A stretch of DNA of 64,000 bases, from NCBI GenBank assembly GCA_976551045.1, contig CDPCPM010000049.1, positions 6,386,001 to 6,450,000 of the forward strand. Reading direction: 5' to 3'. Source of the stretch: Glaucostegus cemiculus. Taxonomy: Eukaryota. The notes under the pieces were generated by a model that saw only the letters and a program-made list of their open reading frames with translations, had not been told where the DNA came from and did no database searches. Numbering within the stretch: position 1 is the first letter of the stretch; each line of letters starts with the position of its first letter. Position numbers and translations under genes: made by a program. Below, piece by piece: positions 35,616 through 49,696 of this stretch.

Positions 35616-37879
35616 GATGTATGGATTTCTCTATCTCTGGTTCTTTTCTGTGGAAATGTGATGGGTTGGAAGTTGCCTCAGACTTTCTTGAGGTAGAACT
35701 TAAGTGGGAAGGTATAGAAAGATTTCTCATTTCTACAACTATATTTTAGAGCTGAACTGGTTCCCATTTCATGACCGCCTAGTCCTGGAATTGACTGGCA
35801 GCAACAATGGCCTGACTGTCTTTTTTTCTGCTGTATCTGCAGGCATCTGAGGTAATGACAGAAAGAAAACAGCCCATTAATATCGTCAGACAGTAGCATC
35901 ACATGAACAAATTCCTGCCATACCAAGAAAACTGGGCATTAACTCTGTACCATCTAATAATCAGCAGGAAAGCAGATCTAATAGTAGTAATTAGAGCAGC
36001 AAATCACTGACAGAGGTAGTCTGTAGCCTGTCAAACCTTTCAGCTAAAGCCAAAGGGGACAGCTGTCTGCATTCTGGTGCTAAAAGCCTCCATAGTAGCA
36101 ACCAGTGCATCCCTGGCAGAAGCCACCTATATTATCTGCACCCCTGCAGATGGATGGAGCCTCCAGACTGTCAAAATAGGTTGTGTATAGTCCCTTGTGG
36201 TACAACAGATAATGGAACAGACTGCTCAGTAGGATTTGAAATCCTGCTAAAATCTCCCTTCATAAAACCAGAGTCCATCAGCTTCACATTCTGTGGCCTT
36301 TTAGCCAAGAGTTATGTGTGTACTGATATGGTGAACCATGTCTGCCTCTTGGTCTACTGACTGGATTACTGGCACTGTTTGAAGCAAAAGTGGCCTCGTT
36401 CACACTTCCCTTTGCTTCATGTAAGGTACGAAGGAGAAGATGTTGAAGGGCAGTATGTGTTACTGAGGAGCAGAGTTTATGTCCTTTTAAGGAGTGAATT
36501 GAGAGATTAAGATTTAGTTGGCAGAATGATGACTTATAGTCCAATTAGATAAAAAGGAAGAGAAACAAAATACTGTGACGTAATTGGTTTTTGCACCAGT
36601 TATCCAAGTCCATTTTTCTTTCATCTCCTCTTCTGCAGCATCTCTGAGGCCACATTCCAGTAGCACAAAATGGACAGAGGTTAGGAAACAAGATATTATA
36701 TACCATCGGTATACCATCGCTTAATCGGGATGATGCATTCAGGGGTGGGAGCAAGGCAGTAGTTGCAAATGATGAGCCATATTCACTTTTAATATTGGGG
36801 GATAAAAGGAGCGTTTACTAATAAATTATTAAACCAGCTTGGTGAGGAGATATGTGACAACTGGGTTGCTATGCTTGACTCCTTCCCTTGTCTGTTCAGT
36901 GCTTTGCCTTTCATTGTTTGGCGACATTGCCTTTGGATGGTATCTTCTCTCATGCAAACAGGAGCTCTTTCCTCAGCCAGGTTTGTCAGAAGTTTAGATG
37001 TTTTGTACCTGCAGCAGGGCTGAAATATTTTCCAATGATATTTATATCTCTGTTCACCCCAAGGGTAAAAATGCCATTGAATTAAACAAGAATGTTGATG
37101 GTCCGTGAGAACCTTAATGTCAGAAAAAGGCTGTTTATCTTTTTCTTTGACCTTTCATGTTCACACTTTTTCAAAGGAAGAAGAAAACTTAATGAAACCT
37201 CGTAAAATCCTTGTCCCATATGATATGGGGTGGGCAAATTAATCTCTTTTTAAAGTGTTAAATTACTCCTTCAGAGACCAATCCCATATACTTCCAGTTG
37301 AGTTATAAATGAAGTTAGATTTATGGAGCGATATCTACAATGTTCAATCCCATTACACAGAGAAAGAGAGAGAGAAAGAGTTAATTGTAAATTTCATGTA
37401 CACTACCAAAAAGAGCAGCTCATATATGTGATAGGATTACTTTCTGACTTCAATACAGATCCTTTCAAACAGAATGCAAATCAATGCAACGTATGCTACT
37501 CTACTTACAAACTGTCACAGTTGGGTTTTGGATGTTCTTCCCATTTGTTCTGTACACCTGAAGAGAAAATGTTTCTTTAACTATTTAAGAACTGAATTTT
37601 CAGTTTTTGTTTAGTTTGCTCTTTAGTAGTTGTAATGATTCATGGCAAGAGAAAGGCTCTTTGGTGAATGGATCCCTCACCGCTGCCTATTGCAGATATA
37701 TTACTATTTCTACTTTCTGCTGTTAATGTTTAGTGTATGATGATTTTCTACCCGAGGGTCACAAAAGTCATCTACTGCAGCAGCTGATGCAAAGTTTATC
37801 CACAGTTGTCTTTCCTTTTGCACTAACACTGTTCATTTGATTCAAGAATAGTGACACAGAAATGATGGCAGTGACAAGG

Positions 37880-38121
37880 TTTTTTACTTACAGCATGGTA
37901 ACAGGCCCTTTCGGCCCAATGAGTCCACGCTGCCCATTTTAACCCCCAAAATTAACCTACCCGTATGTCTTTTACAATGTGGGAGGAAACCAGAGCACCC
38001 GGAGAAAACCCACACAGACACAGGAGAACGTACAAACTCCTTACAGTCAGCGACGGGAATCGAACCCTGATCACTGGCGCTGTAACAGCGTCGTGCTAAC
38101 CACTATGCTATCATGCCACCC
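37880..38121 (-). mobile_element. V-SINE (HE1-like), same subfamily as 6499-6754
   Basis: About 90% identical by eye to the 6499 copy; both give the same antisense ORF peptide MGGNxSTxRKPTQT. Confidence 0.88.
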
Positions 38122-38819
38122 AACAAATGTAAGAATGCTAGACCTGCCCATTAGTGCCAGAGACAAAATAATGGATGTTTACCTCACTGCTTTTCCCTTT
38201 CCTCCAATACTGTGTCCCTTTATTTATCCCCATTATATCTTTACAATGTATTTGCATTTTGAATGCCTCACAAAATATCTTGGTTTCTCATTTCATTTAA
38301 CTGCAGGATCAATAGTTTGCTTCCAATTCAGAATAGCCTGAAGGTGTAATCATTCTGTCTCCACCTGAATACTTACAGTATCTTCTGCATTAATTTATCA
38401 AGCAGTTGTATTTATGGTTTGTGATCTGAGCTGGTTGGCTGAGAAGGAGCAACTGCAAGAACACAGAGTGCCTGTGGTAGGAGTGCAAGTGCTGTCTTTC
38501 TTGGAGAAGATGGTGGAATTTAGTTGCACTCTTCCAGGGGGAAGAATGTATCACTGCCATCACAGCCATAAAGCCTGTACCAACAAGTATATCCAGCAAT
38601 ATGATGCTAGCAAGTTGAGCTTTGGCAGCGGTCTGAGGTTCCATTGTAGCACTGAGATGGTAGTTGATCTCTTGTATGCATTATTAAGGAAAAACTTAAC
38701 AGCAGTCCTCAATGACCTCCAGCATATTGTCCATTAGGATTTAGCTCTTTTTCTTAAAGAGCTGGACCCTTGACATGAATGATTGTTCAGTTTACTGGGT
38801 GCATGGTAAAATTAATTTA

Positions 38820-39125
38820 GGGTATGGTGGCATAATGGTTGAGATATCAGACAAACATCTAGAGGCCTGGACCATTGCTCAGGTACAAGAGTTCAAATCC
38901 CACTACAGCTGTGGTATTTAAATTCAGGTAAGAAAATGAGGAATCCTTGTACCAGGGTCTATAGAACAACCAGACTATTGCTAAAACACAGCTGATTCAG
39001 TGAAGGAGCTTTACCACCACCAGTGACTCTTACCTGGCTCCTCGGTTCAGGAGCAATCGGAGATGAATGAGAAATCCTGATATTGCTGGTGATGTCCATA
39101 TCTTGTGAACAAATGAAATAAAATG
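38820..39125 (+). mobile_element. tRNA-derived Meta-like SINE with an L2-like tail
   Basis: A box ggtggcataatggt, B box gagttcaaatccc, tail gctggtgatgtccatatcttgtgaacaaatgaaataaaa. Confidence 0.6.
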
Positions 39126-39479
39126 ACTCGTGCTTAATGGATCTTAATGGGAAAATCAAGATAGCTACTATGTATTGTAAATGCACACATGTTCTTGCAT
39201 AATTTCAGTGCAAAATCACACTAACAGGTCTGAGACGTAGATAAGGGTCCTCCCATACAGCACTATTTTAATATTGGCTTTGAGTCCTCTGATTTGCAAT
39301 ACATAAGACAGACCAGATGGGACAGTTGGTCTTTGTCATTTTCATATGTTTATGAGAGATTTCATAGGTGTATATCAATAAGCAAATGTTTTCACTTGGG
39401 ATCTGAGCAAAGCTGGACGGAACCTGCAGGTGGTGATGTTTTCATGAGCCTGAAGACCTTGTCCACCTTGGTGGAAGAG

Positions 39480-39845
39480 GTCATGGGTTTAGGAGATGCT
39501 GTTGGAGTAGTATGTGATTAGCAGCAGTGTATTTTGCAGATGATATTCACTGGATCCACTGTACCAGTGCAGGAGGTAAAGAATGTTTAGTGTGATGGAT
39601 GTGGTGCCAATCAAGTGAACTGCTTTGTCCTGGGTGGTGTCAAGCTTCTTGAGTGTCATTGGACCTGCATGCATGCAAGCAGGTCAGTCCTGATTTGGGC
39701 CTTGTAGATGCTGGAAAGGCTTTGGGCTTACCTAAAGTAAGGCATTTGCTGCAAGTTACCCAGCCTCCAATGAACTTTTGTAGCCAGTGTATGTACATGG
39801 CTTGTCTGGTTGAATTTTTGATCAATAGTGACCCCAAAGACCCCA
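39480..39845 (-). mobile_element. L2/CR1-group LINE ORF2 fragment
   Basis: ORF 39489-39674 reads TLKKLDTTQDKAVHLIGTTSITLNILYLLH, matching the same family as 31205. Confidence 0.7.
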
Positions 39846-39974
39846 CAATGTCATTTGATTAAAAAAAATGGAACCTAATCTTCTTAAATGTGCAATTTAT
39901 AATTAAGGGGGCTATCAATTTAAAATTGACAAAACATAAGAAAGTGGTTAGGAGATGTTTTCTATGTATCAAGC

Positions 39975-40043
39975 ATTTTTATGTATGCTGGGTGTATGGG
40001 TGTGTGTACATGAAAGTGACAATAAACTGATTCTGATTCTGAT
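39975..40043 (+). mobile_element. (TCTGAT)n-tailed retroelement 3' end
   Basis: gtacatgaaagtgacaataaactgattctgattctga, the reverse complement of the 2831 copy start. Confidence 0.65.
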
Positions 40044-40811
40044 TTTTTTAAGAAAACCTTGAAAAATTTTGTAAGTAGTATAATGCATAGGACAATGGGG
40101 AGAGAACAATATAGTGAGTTTAGTTTAACTTCAGTATGGAGACAACAAAGGTATGATGTGCCAAATTGTGGCCTCTTGCTTCACAATAGGCTATGTTTCT
40201 GTGCTTGCACGTGATTACCTGGTTGGAAGAAAAAGCTGACTGGAATTTCATCCCTGCTGAGCGGTGCTAAGGCAGTCATGTAGCAGTGGCAGCAGAGTCT
40301 ATTCCGCCTCTGAAATTCAGTTCCATTTAAGTCAATGTACTCATGCCACCTGGCAGAAATAAATTTCTGGATCATTTTCTTTAAACAGCAAAACAGAAAA
40401 CCAGATCATATTTTGAGATGAAGATGGCACTCCTTTAAATTTGTGGTGTTAAGTGATTAAATAAATTACCAACATAAAGTTTAATATTAACATATTTATT
40501 CTCCTGAATTGAACTTTTAGGGCTATACCTGTCTCAGACTATGTATTCGGGAGCTGCCTGGTTAAGTAGATGACCTGCTCAGAAAGGCAGGACGAGCTGG
40601 GGCTGGAAGATACCATTCACCATGCACACACATTCTGAGCAGACTTTGATGCAGCTTTAACAAAAATGTAGAACAAAATAGTTTCAAAACTGCTTTTAAA
40701 GAAGCTCTCCTTTTTAAGGCTCAAGCAGTGTGAGATTTGTTGAAAAGATTTGAGCCCTGTTAATCTGTTAACTATAGCTTCTGTATGCCGACTGGGGGAG
40801 GGGAAGTGCAG

Positions 40812-41550
40812 TTCTTCAACAGTGCAAGGTGCCTCTCCTGCACAGTTTTGCATGATTTCTAGTTTATGCTCCTACACTGACAGAAGGAAGTTGTACTTCT
40901 CGACACTCATCAATTTTGCACCCTACTGACAAATCTTCTTTACACTGAATGACAAATGCATTCTTGCAGACTTCAATTCAGACCAGTTGTGTTCTATCAA
41001 ATACTATACCAAAGTAATAGAATTGTGTTGACTGAACAGATTAAGTTATGAATTCACTATACCTTCAAATTCTGTTAAAATATTTTTTTCACTTCCTGAC
41101 TATTTTCAATTCCACTCTTGGAACAAGCATACTTCAATGTTGTGAAAGGCTCAGTTTTTGATGTGGAAATATACATCCCTTTGGTAATAAAATGGTTTTA
41201 ATGCAAATCCAAGATATGCTAGTTTGTCTTTAATCAGTGCACTAACGGACAAGGCAAATTTGAGCTTAGAGATAATTGAGTGGAGAAAATACTGACACGG
41301 CCAAATTCTTAACGTGATGGTGTTTAGCTAACACACAGGATCTTGCTATAGTATTTGATAGAATACTTATGGTCTGAATGGTATCCAGTGACACTGCATC
41401 TGTCATCTAACCCTGAAGAGCAGATTTGTGTGAAGGATGTAAAATTGACAAGTGTCAAAATGTGCAAAGTATTCTGTCAGCAAAGGAGGCAAAGATTAGA
41501 AATCATGCAAAGCTGTGCAGGGGACATGCCGTGCACTGTTTGAAAGAGAT
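40812..41550. repeat. Long degenerate inverted repeat (arms about 40812-41115 and 41262-41550)
   Basis: Paired blocks include cctgcacagttttgcatgatttcta / tagaaatcatgcaaagctgtgcagg, attcagacca / tggtctgaat and ttctatcaaatactata / tatagtatttgatagaa. ORFs on opposite strands share MQ(N/S)CAG(E/D)xPCTV. Confidence 0.85.
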
Positions 41551-44500
41551 ACTCCTGCAATCTTTATTTTTAACGCTGAAGGAGCCAGCTCTCACAGAAG
41601 GGAGGAGACTGCAAGAACTGTTGATCTGGTTACAAAGTACCATCAAACAATAGAGTATTTTGATAGTCATTTCTCCTTCTTTCATTTGAATTTTAGTCTA
41701 TCCTTTTATGTCCATGAGTACTTGTGAGCATGAAATGTGAGGTGAATTCAGGGATCAATCACACCTTAAGCTGATTTGGCAGATTTGCTTTCTGACTGTC
41801 ACACATAATGCGGTCGGTTCTGCTCTGTTAGACACTATTTGCTCATAATTTTAAATTGCTTTGATGGGGAGCTATCTGTCTTCAGTAATTGATGAACGGA
41901 TAACGAACTCTTAGCTTTTCACTTCAGACTACTTGCCTAGTTAAGTTGAATCAAATGAAAGTAAAATTGTATTTGGAGATGGGGCGGGGGAGGTAAGGAG
42001 AAGAGAGAGTGGGAATGGAGATAAGTGTACAAATGCAGGTGGGTGTAAGAGGATGGGTGAAGGAGTGATGGGTGACTAAGATACCAAGAAGGGTTAGACT
42101 GTGAGAAAGTAAACACAAAAATTGATGGGTGGTGAAGAAATAAAAGTGATGCAATTTTTGTGAATCTAAGAAAGAAAAACCAGAGGGAAAGCAAACCAAA
42201 GAACAAGTTCAGTGTTTAAACAAACAAAACACAATCATTGGGATAAAGGCAAGAGGCACATTAAGATTGGCACTAACATCTTGCATTGTTAGTTTTTTTA
42301 ATATGAAGCACATTGTAAATTGACACTGATCCATAATAATTACAGTGCGACACAGCAAAATAATAATGGCAATGGCTGGACAATTGATGGTGGAATGGAA
42401 ATTCTAAAAATATCTAACCTTCATCGTCACTTCCAGGATATTCAAGCTTTTAGCAGCACAATGATGGAATGGTTATAAATCAGTTTTTACTGAATCACAG
42501 CACAATACTCGGCATGATGACCACCTTAAGCTTCATATGAATCAAAGCTCAGCCTTTGTGTAAAATATCTGTAGCTCTAGTGACCCATCTACCATTGAAG
42601 TATGTATCACAAATAATTTAGTGAATAGTATAAGACATAGGAGCAGAATATAGGTTTTAAATCCCACAGACAAAACTGCTCTTCAAGGCTAGATGACAGA
42701 TGCAAAGTCACTGGACCACTGTGTTCTCCAGATTCCAAGAAAGCGATGTAAAACAGCATTGTAATAGATTGTTCAGCTAAAAATTATGAAACAGATTTAT
42801 TAAGTGGTTATGCAAAAATACAAAAGACCAGCAGATGTTTAGAATTAGCAATACTTTGCTTAATTCTCAATTTCATTTTAAGAATTTTTCTGCACCTAGC
42901 AAAATATTGAAATTCTTTCTTTGTATGGACAAACTCGTGCAGCAACTTGCAATTAAACTTTATTTTAGTTTTCAGGGAGTGGGTAAGACTGCATTTTCTG
43001 CTCATCGCTAACTTCCTGAGAAGGTAATCATCTGGCTTCTTCCGAAGCTAATGTGTGTTAAATAAATTTTGGAGCTAGTCATTTAAATATGAGACTGGAG
43101 CTTCAGAATGATAATACTTGGATTCCCTTTCTTGAAGGATTTGAGACTCCAGTTAGAAAATTTGTATCCACATGTTAACAAATTTATGGAAATACAGTTT
43201 GCCCTTGTTGGATTATAATCTTGATAGTTCTGGATAATTATTTCAGTACCATAGCCATACTGCATGAATATATGCAGACATCTTGAATCCCCAGACTGGG
43301 CAGTTTCTCAGCACAGAATTGTTAATCAAGAATCAGAATAAAGTCTCAGAGTAAAAAAAAACCACCATGTCTAATGGTAAAGGATTGTTAATATCCTACA
43401 TTAGTTGATTATAATATACTTTAACCAAGGGATGCTCATTTGAACACATGCAAAAAATTGTTGAAATCAAGGTATACCACACAATAAAGCTTCATGCCTT
43501 GGTGTGTCGTTTCTTCCAGGTATTTAAATAAATTGATGATCCAAGATCTTTCTTTTCTAAACCCATGTTGCAAATTGAGTTATTATGGTAGAGATCTCAT
43601 TAAAGTTATTCCTGAAAATTGAATCTATTGTTTTACATGGAATGGAAGTTAAATTAAAAGGATTATAGGTCAATTTTTTGATTTTCTTTTTTGTATGTGG
43701 GAATATAAATAGTTAGGTACAATTGCACTGTTATCATGTTTCTGTCCAGTATCACAATGGTCTTCATTGCATCACCCCTCTCCTAATATCCTTCAACATG
43801 CTAGAATAGTTACCTTCCTCTATTGAACAATTGCCAGCCTGTCTAAGATTTCCATCTCATTTATAGCCCATTGACCCAGGTTAGATAAGTTAAAAAAGAA
43901 AATGTTGCTTATGTCATCCTTGGTGAATACTTGGAAAAAAAATAATCATTCTGAATATTTACTGTTTTGTGCTCATCCAATATTTTTATGGTCTTCATCT
44001 TTACTGTAAACACTTTCTGACTTTTGGGATACTGGGAGATTTTTCCACTGTTTTGTTTAGTCTTTGGTTGAGTCTCTCATTGACTATCAGTTTTTTATTT
44101 AATGCTCATGAATTCCATTGATCCAAAGGCTTAATGTACTTTGATCAGAGATTGGCAAAATCCCTGAAAAAATGCAATAAATTGGCTACTTGCTGTTTGA
44201 TCAGGGGTTTCCATCAATTCTTTATTAGAGTATTTCAGCAGAATTCCCCTAAATACTTGGAGCCAGATTAGATCTACATTTTCCTGTGCTCATCATGAGC
44301 CATATCTCCACTCTCCTCAGGGGATTTATGTAAAAAAATCATAACAATTTTTTCTGATCCACTATGCATCATGTTTGTTTAGACTGAGTTTATTGATGTC
44401 TATTGAGCCAAATATTGCCTCCAATTCATTGGACCTTCCCGTAAATTTTGGAAAGGGCAAGTTACTGTCAAACAGACATCCAAAAGGTTGAGAACCTCCA

Positions 44501-44569
44501 CAGGGCATCTAGGATTTGTGTGAACAAGATAAGTAATTTTGTCTGTCCTTAACCAGTCAACAGCGAGGT

Positions 44570-44780
44570 TGGTTTGGAATGTGTTGCCAGAGGAGGCACA
44601 GAATCAGATATAACTACTCTGTTTAAGAGTAATTTAGACAGACACTCAATAGACAAGGCATAGAAGCATATGGTCCTAATGCAGGCAAACAGGAATGGTG
44701 TTGATGAGCAAAAAGGTCAACATGAATGTGGTGGGCCAAAGGGCCAGTTTCTATGCTGTACAACTCAATGGTTCTATGAT
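44570..44780 (+). mobile_element. CR1 3' terminus
   Basis: tggaatgtgttgccagaggagg, gtttaagagtaatttagacagacac and gggccaaagggccagtttctatgctgta with a ttctatgat tail. Confidence 0.8.
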
Positions 44781-46649
44781 AGTTAGAATTAGTAATGAGC
44801 TGAAATAAGAAAGGAAGTTAGAATAATGAATTCAAAATCAACACAGGTACAGAGAGTAGAATGGAAAAGAAAGGATAGATTTAACAAGGAAATGAAAGGC
44901 ACATTAAAAATTCACATTTAATCGCATTTTAGCACTTAAAAAATTACGTCATTAAAACCTGAAGAAGTGAGAGTCTACATTTGCCAAAATTTATTTTTTG
45001 TGTCAGAGAGACTGTTTAGCAGTAAATAGGATTTACTATGCTCTTAAAGAGCTACTTAGACTGGAATGGTTTGAGTCATCAACTTGCACAAAGTTTTTCA
45101 GCCTTTAGAATTCAGAAAATTATGTGCAGGTTGTTATGGTTTACTGGGTGTCAAACAAATCCATTTCATTGGCTCAGGAAGTACATTTTACACATTGTTG
45201 TAAGTTATTCAGAATTCATGCACTTGAGTTTCTTGTTTCTTTTAAGCACAAATACTGCCAAGTCTTTCCGGCTGCTAACAGATTTTACATTGTGTTTTTC
45301 AGAGCCTGGTAATATTGTGCAGTGTGCCTGTGTGGAGTCATAACTCCAGGGAAAATCTGATATGTTGCAGAAGAGAATTTATTTTATTAATTTGAGCTTG
45401 ATGGAACATGTACATTTTCTGGGCTTGAGAACTGGTCATTGTCCTTCCCTCTTCTTATGAGGATCTTTTTCTGAAAAGCTGTAGAGCACTTGGCTTTTGC
45501 CCGAGACAATTTAATTCTTTTGCCCATAAATTTTTTCCATATTCTTTATGATATATCAATACCATCTCCTTATTTTGTCCTTTGTACCCGAACTGCCACC
45601 AGCTATTCAAGTATACAAATGTGTCCAGATGGTCTGTGCTGAAGCACCACACCTCATGCATCAAACAAAGTCTGAATTTATTGACTTCTAAAGAGTAATC
45701 TGTTGATTCATCAGAAAACTACTGCTGTTTGCAAAGGCCATGAAATGAATTCTCTTCTTCATTACTGAAAAGGAGAAAAATGAAAGGTCAAAACAGGAAT
45801 ATCACTTAGTATGATGTGAATATGTCACCTGACACTGATACTATGATAAATAATAATTCAATGATGCTGGCTACAAAACAACTTGAGCTAACACATTCTG
45901 TAAATACTTGTGAGAAAAGGTCTGTAAGAAATCTCTCTGCTGTCATAACTTAGGTTTTAAAACAAAGCCATGAGAAGATTTTGGATAAATATTTGTGCAG
46001 TAATTTTCCATATCACATTTTGTTCAACCACATTTACAGATTTTGTGTTTGGCTTGTATGGAAATTTTTAACATAAAAGTATATTGTTTTAAATTTTGCA
46101 CATTAATCCTTATTATTAAAAAAAATCACAGGTTGCTGTACTGGAACCATTTGTTACATAGATGTATTAATAGAAATCATGGATGTATTTTCTGTTATGA
46201 GTTTTGTTATATTTTCATATCAAGACTTAACATTGAAACTACCCAGTCAAGCAATATGATCTCTATGAACCATAGTCTACAGCAATTTTTATTTTGTGTA
46301 TGTCATTTTTGGGTCTGAGTTGGTAAAAAAAAAATTGACATGATTGGTCAATTTCATGATTGTAATGTAATAGAAGATGAGTGAGATGGACCTTGGTCTG
46401 TTTTGATGTATGGATTCAGGCTATTGCTGATCTTGTGGAATAAAAACATAAGCCCAAATGGTCTCACAGATTGCCTTTGAATGAGTCTATATGTCTATAC
46501 TAGAATCATAGAGTCATTTTCTTGCCTGATTTCCAGATCTTTCAATTTTCTTAGAGTTCATAAACTATGCATATACTAAGGGGCCAAAACCCTGTAAGGA
46601 ATTTCAAACACTCACCACTCTGTAAGGTTAAGGAAAATTTTCTGTAATT

Positions 46650-46930
46650 TCAGCATCTCTTCTGTCAACTCCTCTCAGAATTTTAATTATTTCAATATGA
46701 TGCTCCTTCATTCTTCAAAACTCCAGAAGCTATTGGCCGATTCTACTTGATCTCTGCTGGAAGGATAATCCTCTTATCCTTGGACTGAATGTCTGAATCT
46801 TTAGTTGTTCTGCTTCCAAAGCAAGTCCATCTTTTCTTGAGTATGGAGCTCTTGGGTATACTGCACAGTATCCCAATGTGGTCTTGTGTCCTTTGTAATT
46901 ACAAGGCTTCCTAAGCTAAATATTCTATTT
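46650..46930 (-). mobile_element. Decayed CR1 ORF2 C-terminal fragment
   Basis: ctctcagaattttaattatttcaat...tcattcttcaaaactccag and actgcacagtatcccaatgtggtct (antisense RPHLxYCAV). Confidence 0.6.
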
Positions 46931-47245
46931 CTTGGGGCACAACATTTTTATGCACTATGTTAGTGGTTCAAACTGCTTTTGAATGAAAGCCCCACATTCA
47001 CATTTGGTTAAATACTCACTCAGCCCCTCCCATCAATGCCTGATCATGTCATGGACAACTTCTTTTAAGGAGCTGGGGCCAGTGCAGGGTACGGGCTGCT
47101 GAATATATTTTTATTCATTTTTATCTATTTTTTGTGAACTTTGGAACCAACTTGCCTTTACGTTATTTCAGCCTCATAGACCATCTCCCACCAAGAGCGT
47201 TGCACAGCCCAGATTGTGAACAGTTGTGCTCTATAATAAATTTAT

Positions 47246-47500
47246 GGGAGGCACGGTAGCATAGCAGTTAGCACAATGCTATTACAGCGCCAGCGATCAG
47301 GGTTTAATTCCTGCTGCCGTCTGTAAGGAGTTTATACATTCTCCTCGTGACTGCGTGGGTCTTCTCCGGGTGCTCCAGTTTCCTCCTATGTTTCAAATAT
47401 ATACAGGTTAGTAGGTTAACATGGGTATAATTGGGCAGCGCAGACTCATTGGACCGGAAGAGACTGTTGCCGTGCTGTATAAGTAAAGTTTAAAGTTTAG
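47246..47500 (+). mobile_element. V-SINE (HE1-like), full length
   Basis: ggcacggtagcatagcagttagc A box, ggtttaattcc B-box variant, V core ctgcgtgggtcttctccgggtgctccagtttcctcc, tail ggaccggaagagactgttgccgtgctgta and (taaagtt)n. Confidence 0.85.
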
Positions 47501-47874
47501 ATTTCTATCTGAATATCAATTGTGGAAACAGCTTCCATGCACGTGACATTCTCACACAGAGGCTGTAGGGTGCACAACAGTAATACCACTTGATACTACA
47601 AAATTGCAATACCACACTGCACAGGAAACCTTGCAAGCATCAAAGCGAGAACTGCTGTTCTCTGGAGGTTGAAGATTTAATGGCCTAATCCCACCTGATC
47701 CAATATCAGAGAGTCTGGATGATTCCAATGTCATTAACTTGACAGGTCTCCTTCACTTGGCCATGGAGGGAGGCAGGCATTTCACCTTTACTGAAATGTA
47801 AGGTTGGAAGAGCGTGATTGGAATTCAGGTTATGTATCTGGAAGCACAGATGACTAGACTTGGCCACAAAATAG

Positions 47875-48096
<222 letters not shown>

Positions 48097-48569
48097 TAGC
48101 TGTTGAGGCTGAAACTTTGCCATTGCTCTGAAACGTGCATCAGTTTCTAGATTTTCACTGCTTTTCTCCTCAATGCACTAAATCTTATTTTGTATTCCAG
48201 TCCTTTCAGCCAACTGTATTTCAGAAGTTCACCTGTATGCCTGTCCTTCCTACAAAAGCCGAGACAATGAATGAGCATTGCATAAGATAAATTGTATTAG
48301 TTATTGGGTTCCTCTCCTCAAAGCAAGAGTTTTCAAGATATCATTTGAATGCAGTAAAATTGGAAATTTATTCTTAGCCAGCCCGTACTGGGTAATTTGG
48401 ATAATTCTGGAAACTGTTCATCAAGAAAGGTATAAATGTCTTGGCTTCCTGGAGAGGTTTTTCAGGACTTTACAGGGATGAGGGAGTAATCAGACAGGAC
48501 TGGAACAGATGGGACAATTTTCTGTAGAACAGAGGGGAACATTTAAAAATGTCAGGTCAACCCAAATGC

Positions 48570-49260
48570 TCCCAAGCTGGCTTTACCAATCCATATGATC
48601 GCAGCTGATCCTCTACTTCAGATACATGTTCCTGGTTTCATTAGTCCAAAAATCTATTGATCCTACCTTGAATACACTCAGATTACTGAGCCAACCCCAG
48701 CTCTCTGAAAAGGGATGTAGTCGCCAAAGAAGGTGGCAGATGGAGTAGGAAGTGGAAAAATATAAGGTTATTCATTTGGGTAGGGAGAATAGGAAAAATA
48801 TTCACAATCTTCCAAGTGAAGAAATTTGTCTCTGTTTCAGTCCCAACTGGGTGATCACTTACTGTGAAATTGTCTGCTGAGGATACAGCCTTTCAGTTGT
48901 TTCAATGTGATCATCTTTCACTCCTCAGAACTGCAGTGAGTACAGGCCCACCTTCTTCGATCTCTCATTCTGGGACAACTCCCTTATGCCAACAACCAGT
49001 CCAATAAATCCACACTGCACCTCCTCCAAGGGAAATATAACTTTTCTAGGATATAGAGACCAAAACTACAAACACTAATTACAAAAGCTCTGTACAACAT
49101 CAATCAGACTTTTACTTCAACCCCTGCTGCAATGAGGGCCGATATCCAATTTTCCTCCTTAATTGCATTCCATGGCTGTATGTTACCTTTCTGCATTTTG
49201 TGAGTCAGCACTCCCAAATTCCTCTGTACACCAACATTTTGCAGTTTGTCTCTAACATTT
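48570..49260 (-). mobile_element. Decayed antisense CR1 fragments (mosaic)
   Basis: gtgaagaaatttgtctc, atatagagaccaaaactacaaacac and cactcccaaattcctctgtacacc (minus-strand ORF GVQRNLGVLTH). Confidence 0.6.
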
Positions 49261-49696
49261 TTATTCTGCTCTTTCTTATGTACTAACAAAAATCATTCTA
49301 TCTTCTTTCACTTTTCTTGCTGACTTGTCTTAGTCTATATTCTATCTCAATTAATTTGCAGGTATTTGCTGGTTTATAAGCATCACCTTGGTAAATAACA
49401 GTCACTATACATATTTCAAGATGCATTTTAATGGGGCGGGAAGAGAAGAACTAATTCCCTGTGACAAGTGTATTAATATTTAATGACTGTGGACTTAAAA
49501 TCACTGGCCAAAGGTTTAGATGGGCAATGAGATTTTCTTTTTATTTCTCTAATAGAGATTTGTCAAGATCTGAAATGCTCCATCTGAAAAGCTGATGGAA
49601 GCTAATTCATAAATAATTTTTAAAACTGTAAGACACTTTAGGGTTAAAACCTTATAGTGCATGTGCACAATGAAATAAAACCATTCTTTGGAAAAT

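Noticed and set aside
38414-38737. ORF segment GLRFHCSTEMVVDLLYALLRKNL, and RK...TLNVQ near 3605-3645, faintly like Harbinger/HARBI1 transposase
   Set aside because: The similarity is too short and degenerate to support by eye; a tblastn or HMM search against Harbinger transposases would be needed.
38820-38905. tRNA-like A and B boxes here and at 47246, 6680-6754, 28546 and 52241
   Set aside because: They are SINE heads followed by SINE cores or tails; no intact cloverleaf was seen, so they are not called as tRNA genes.
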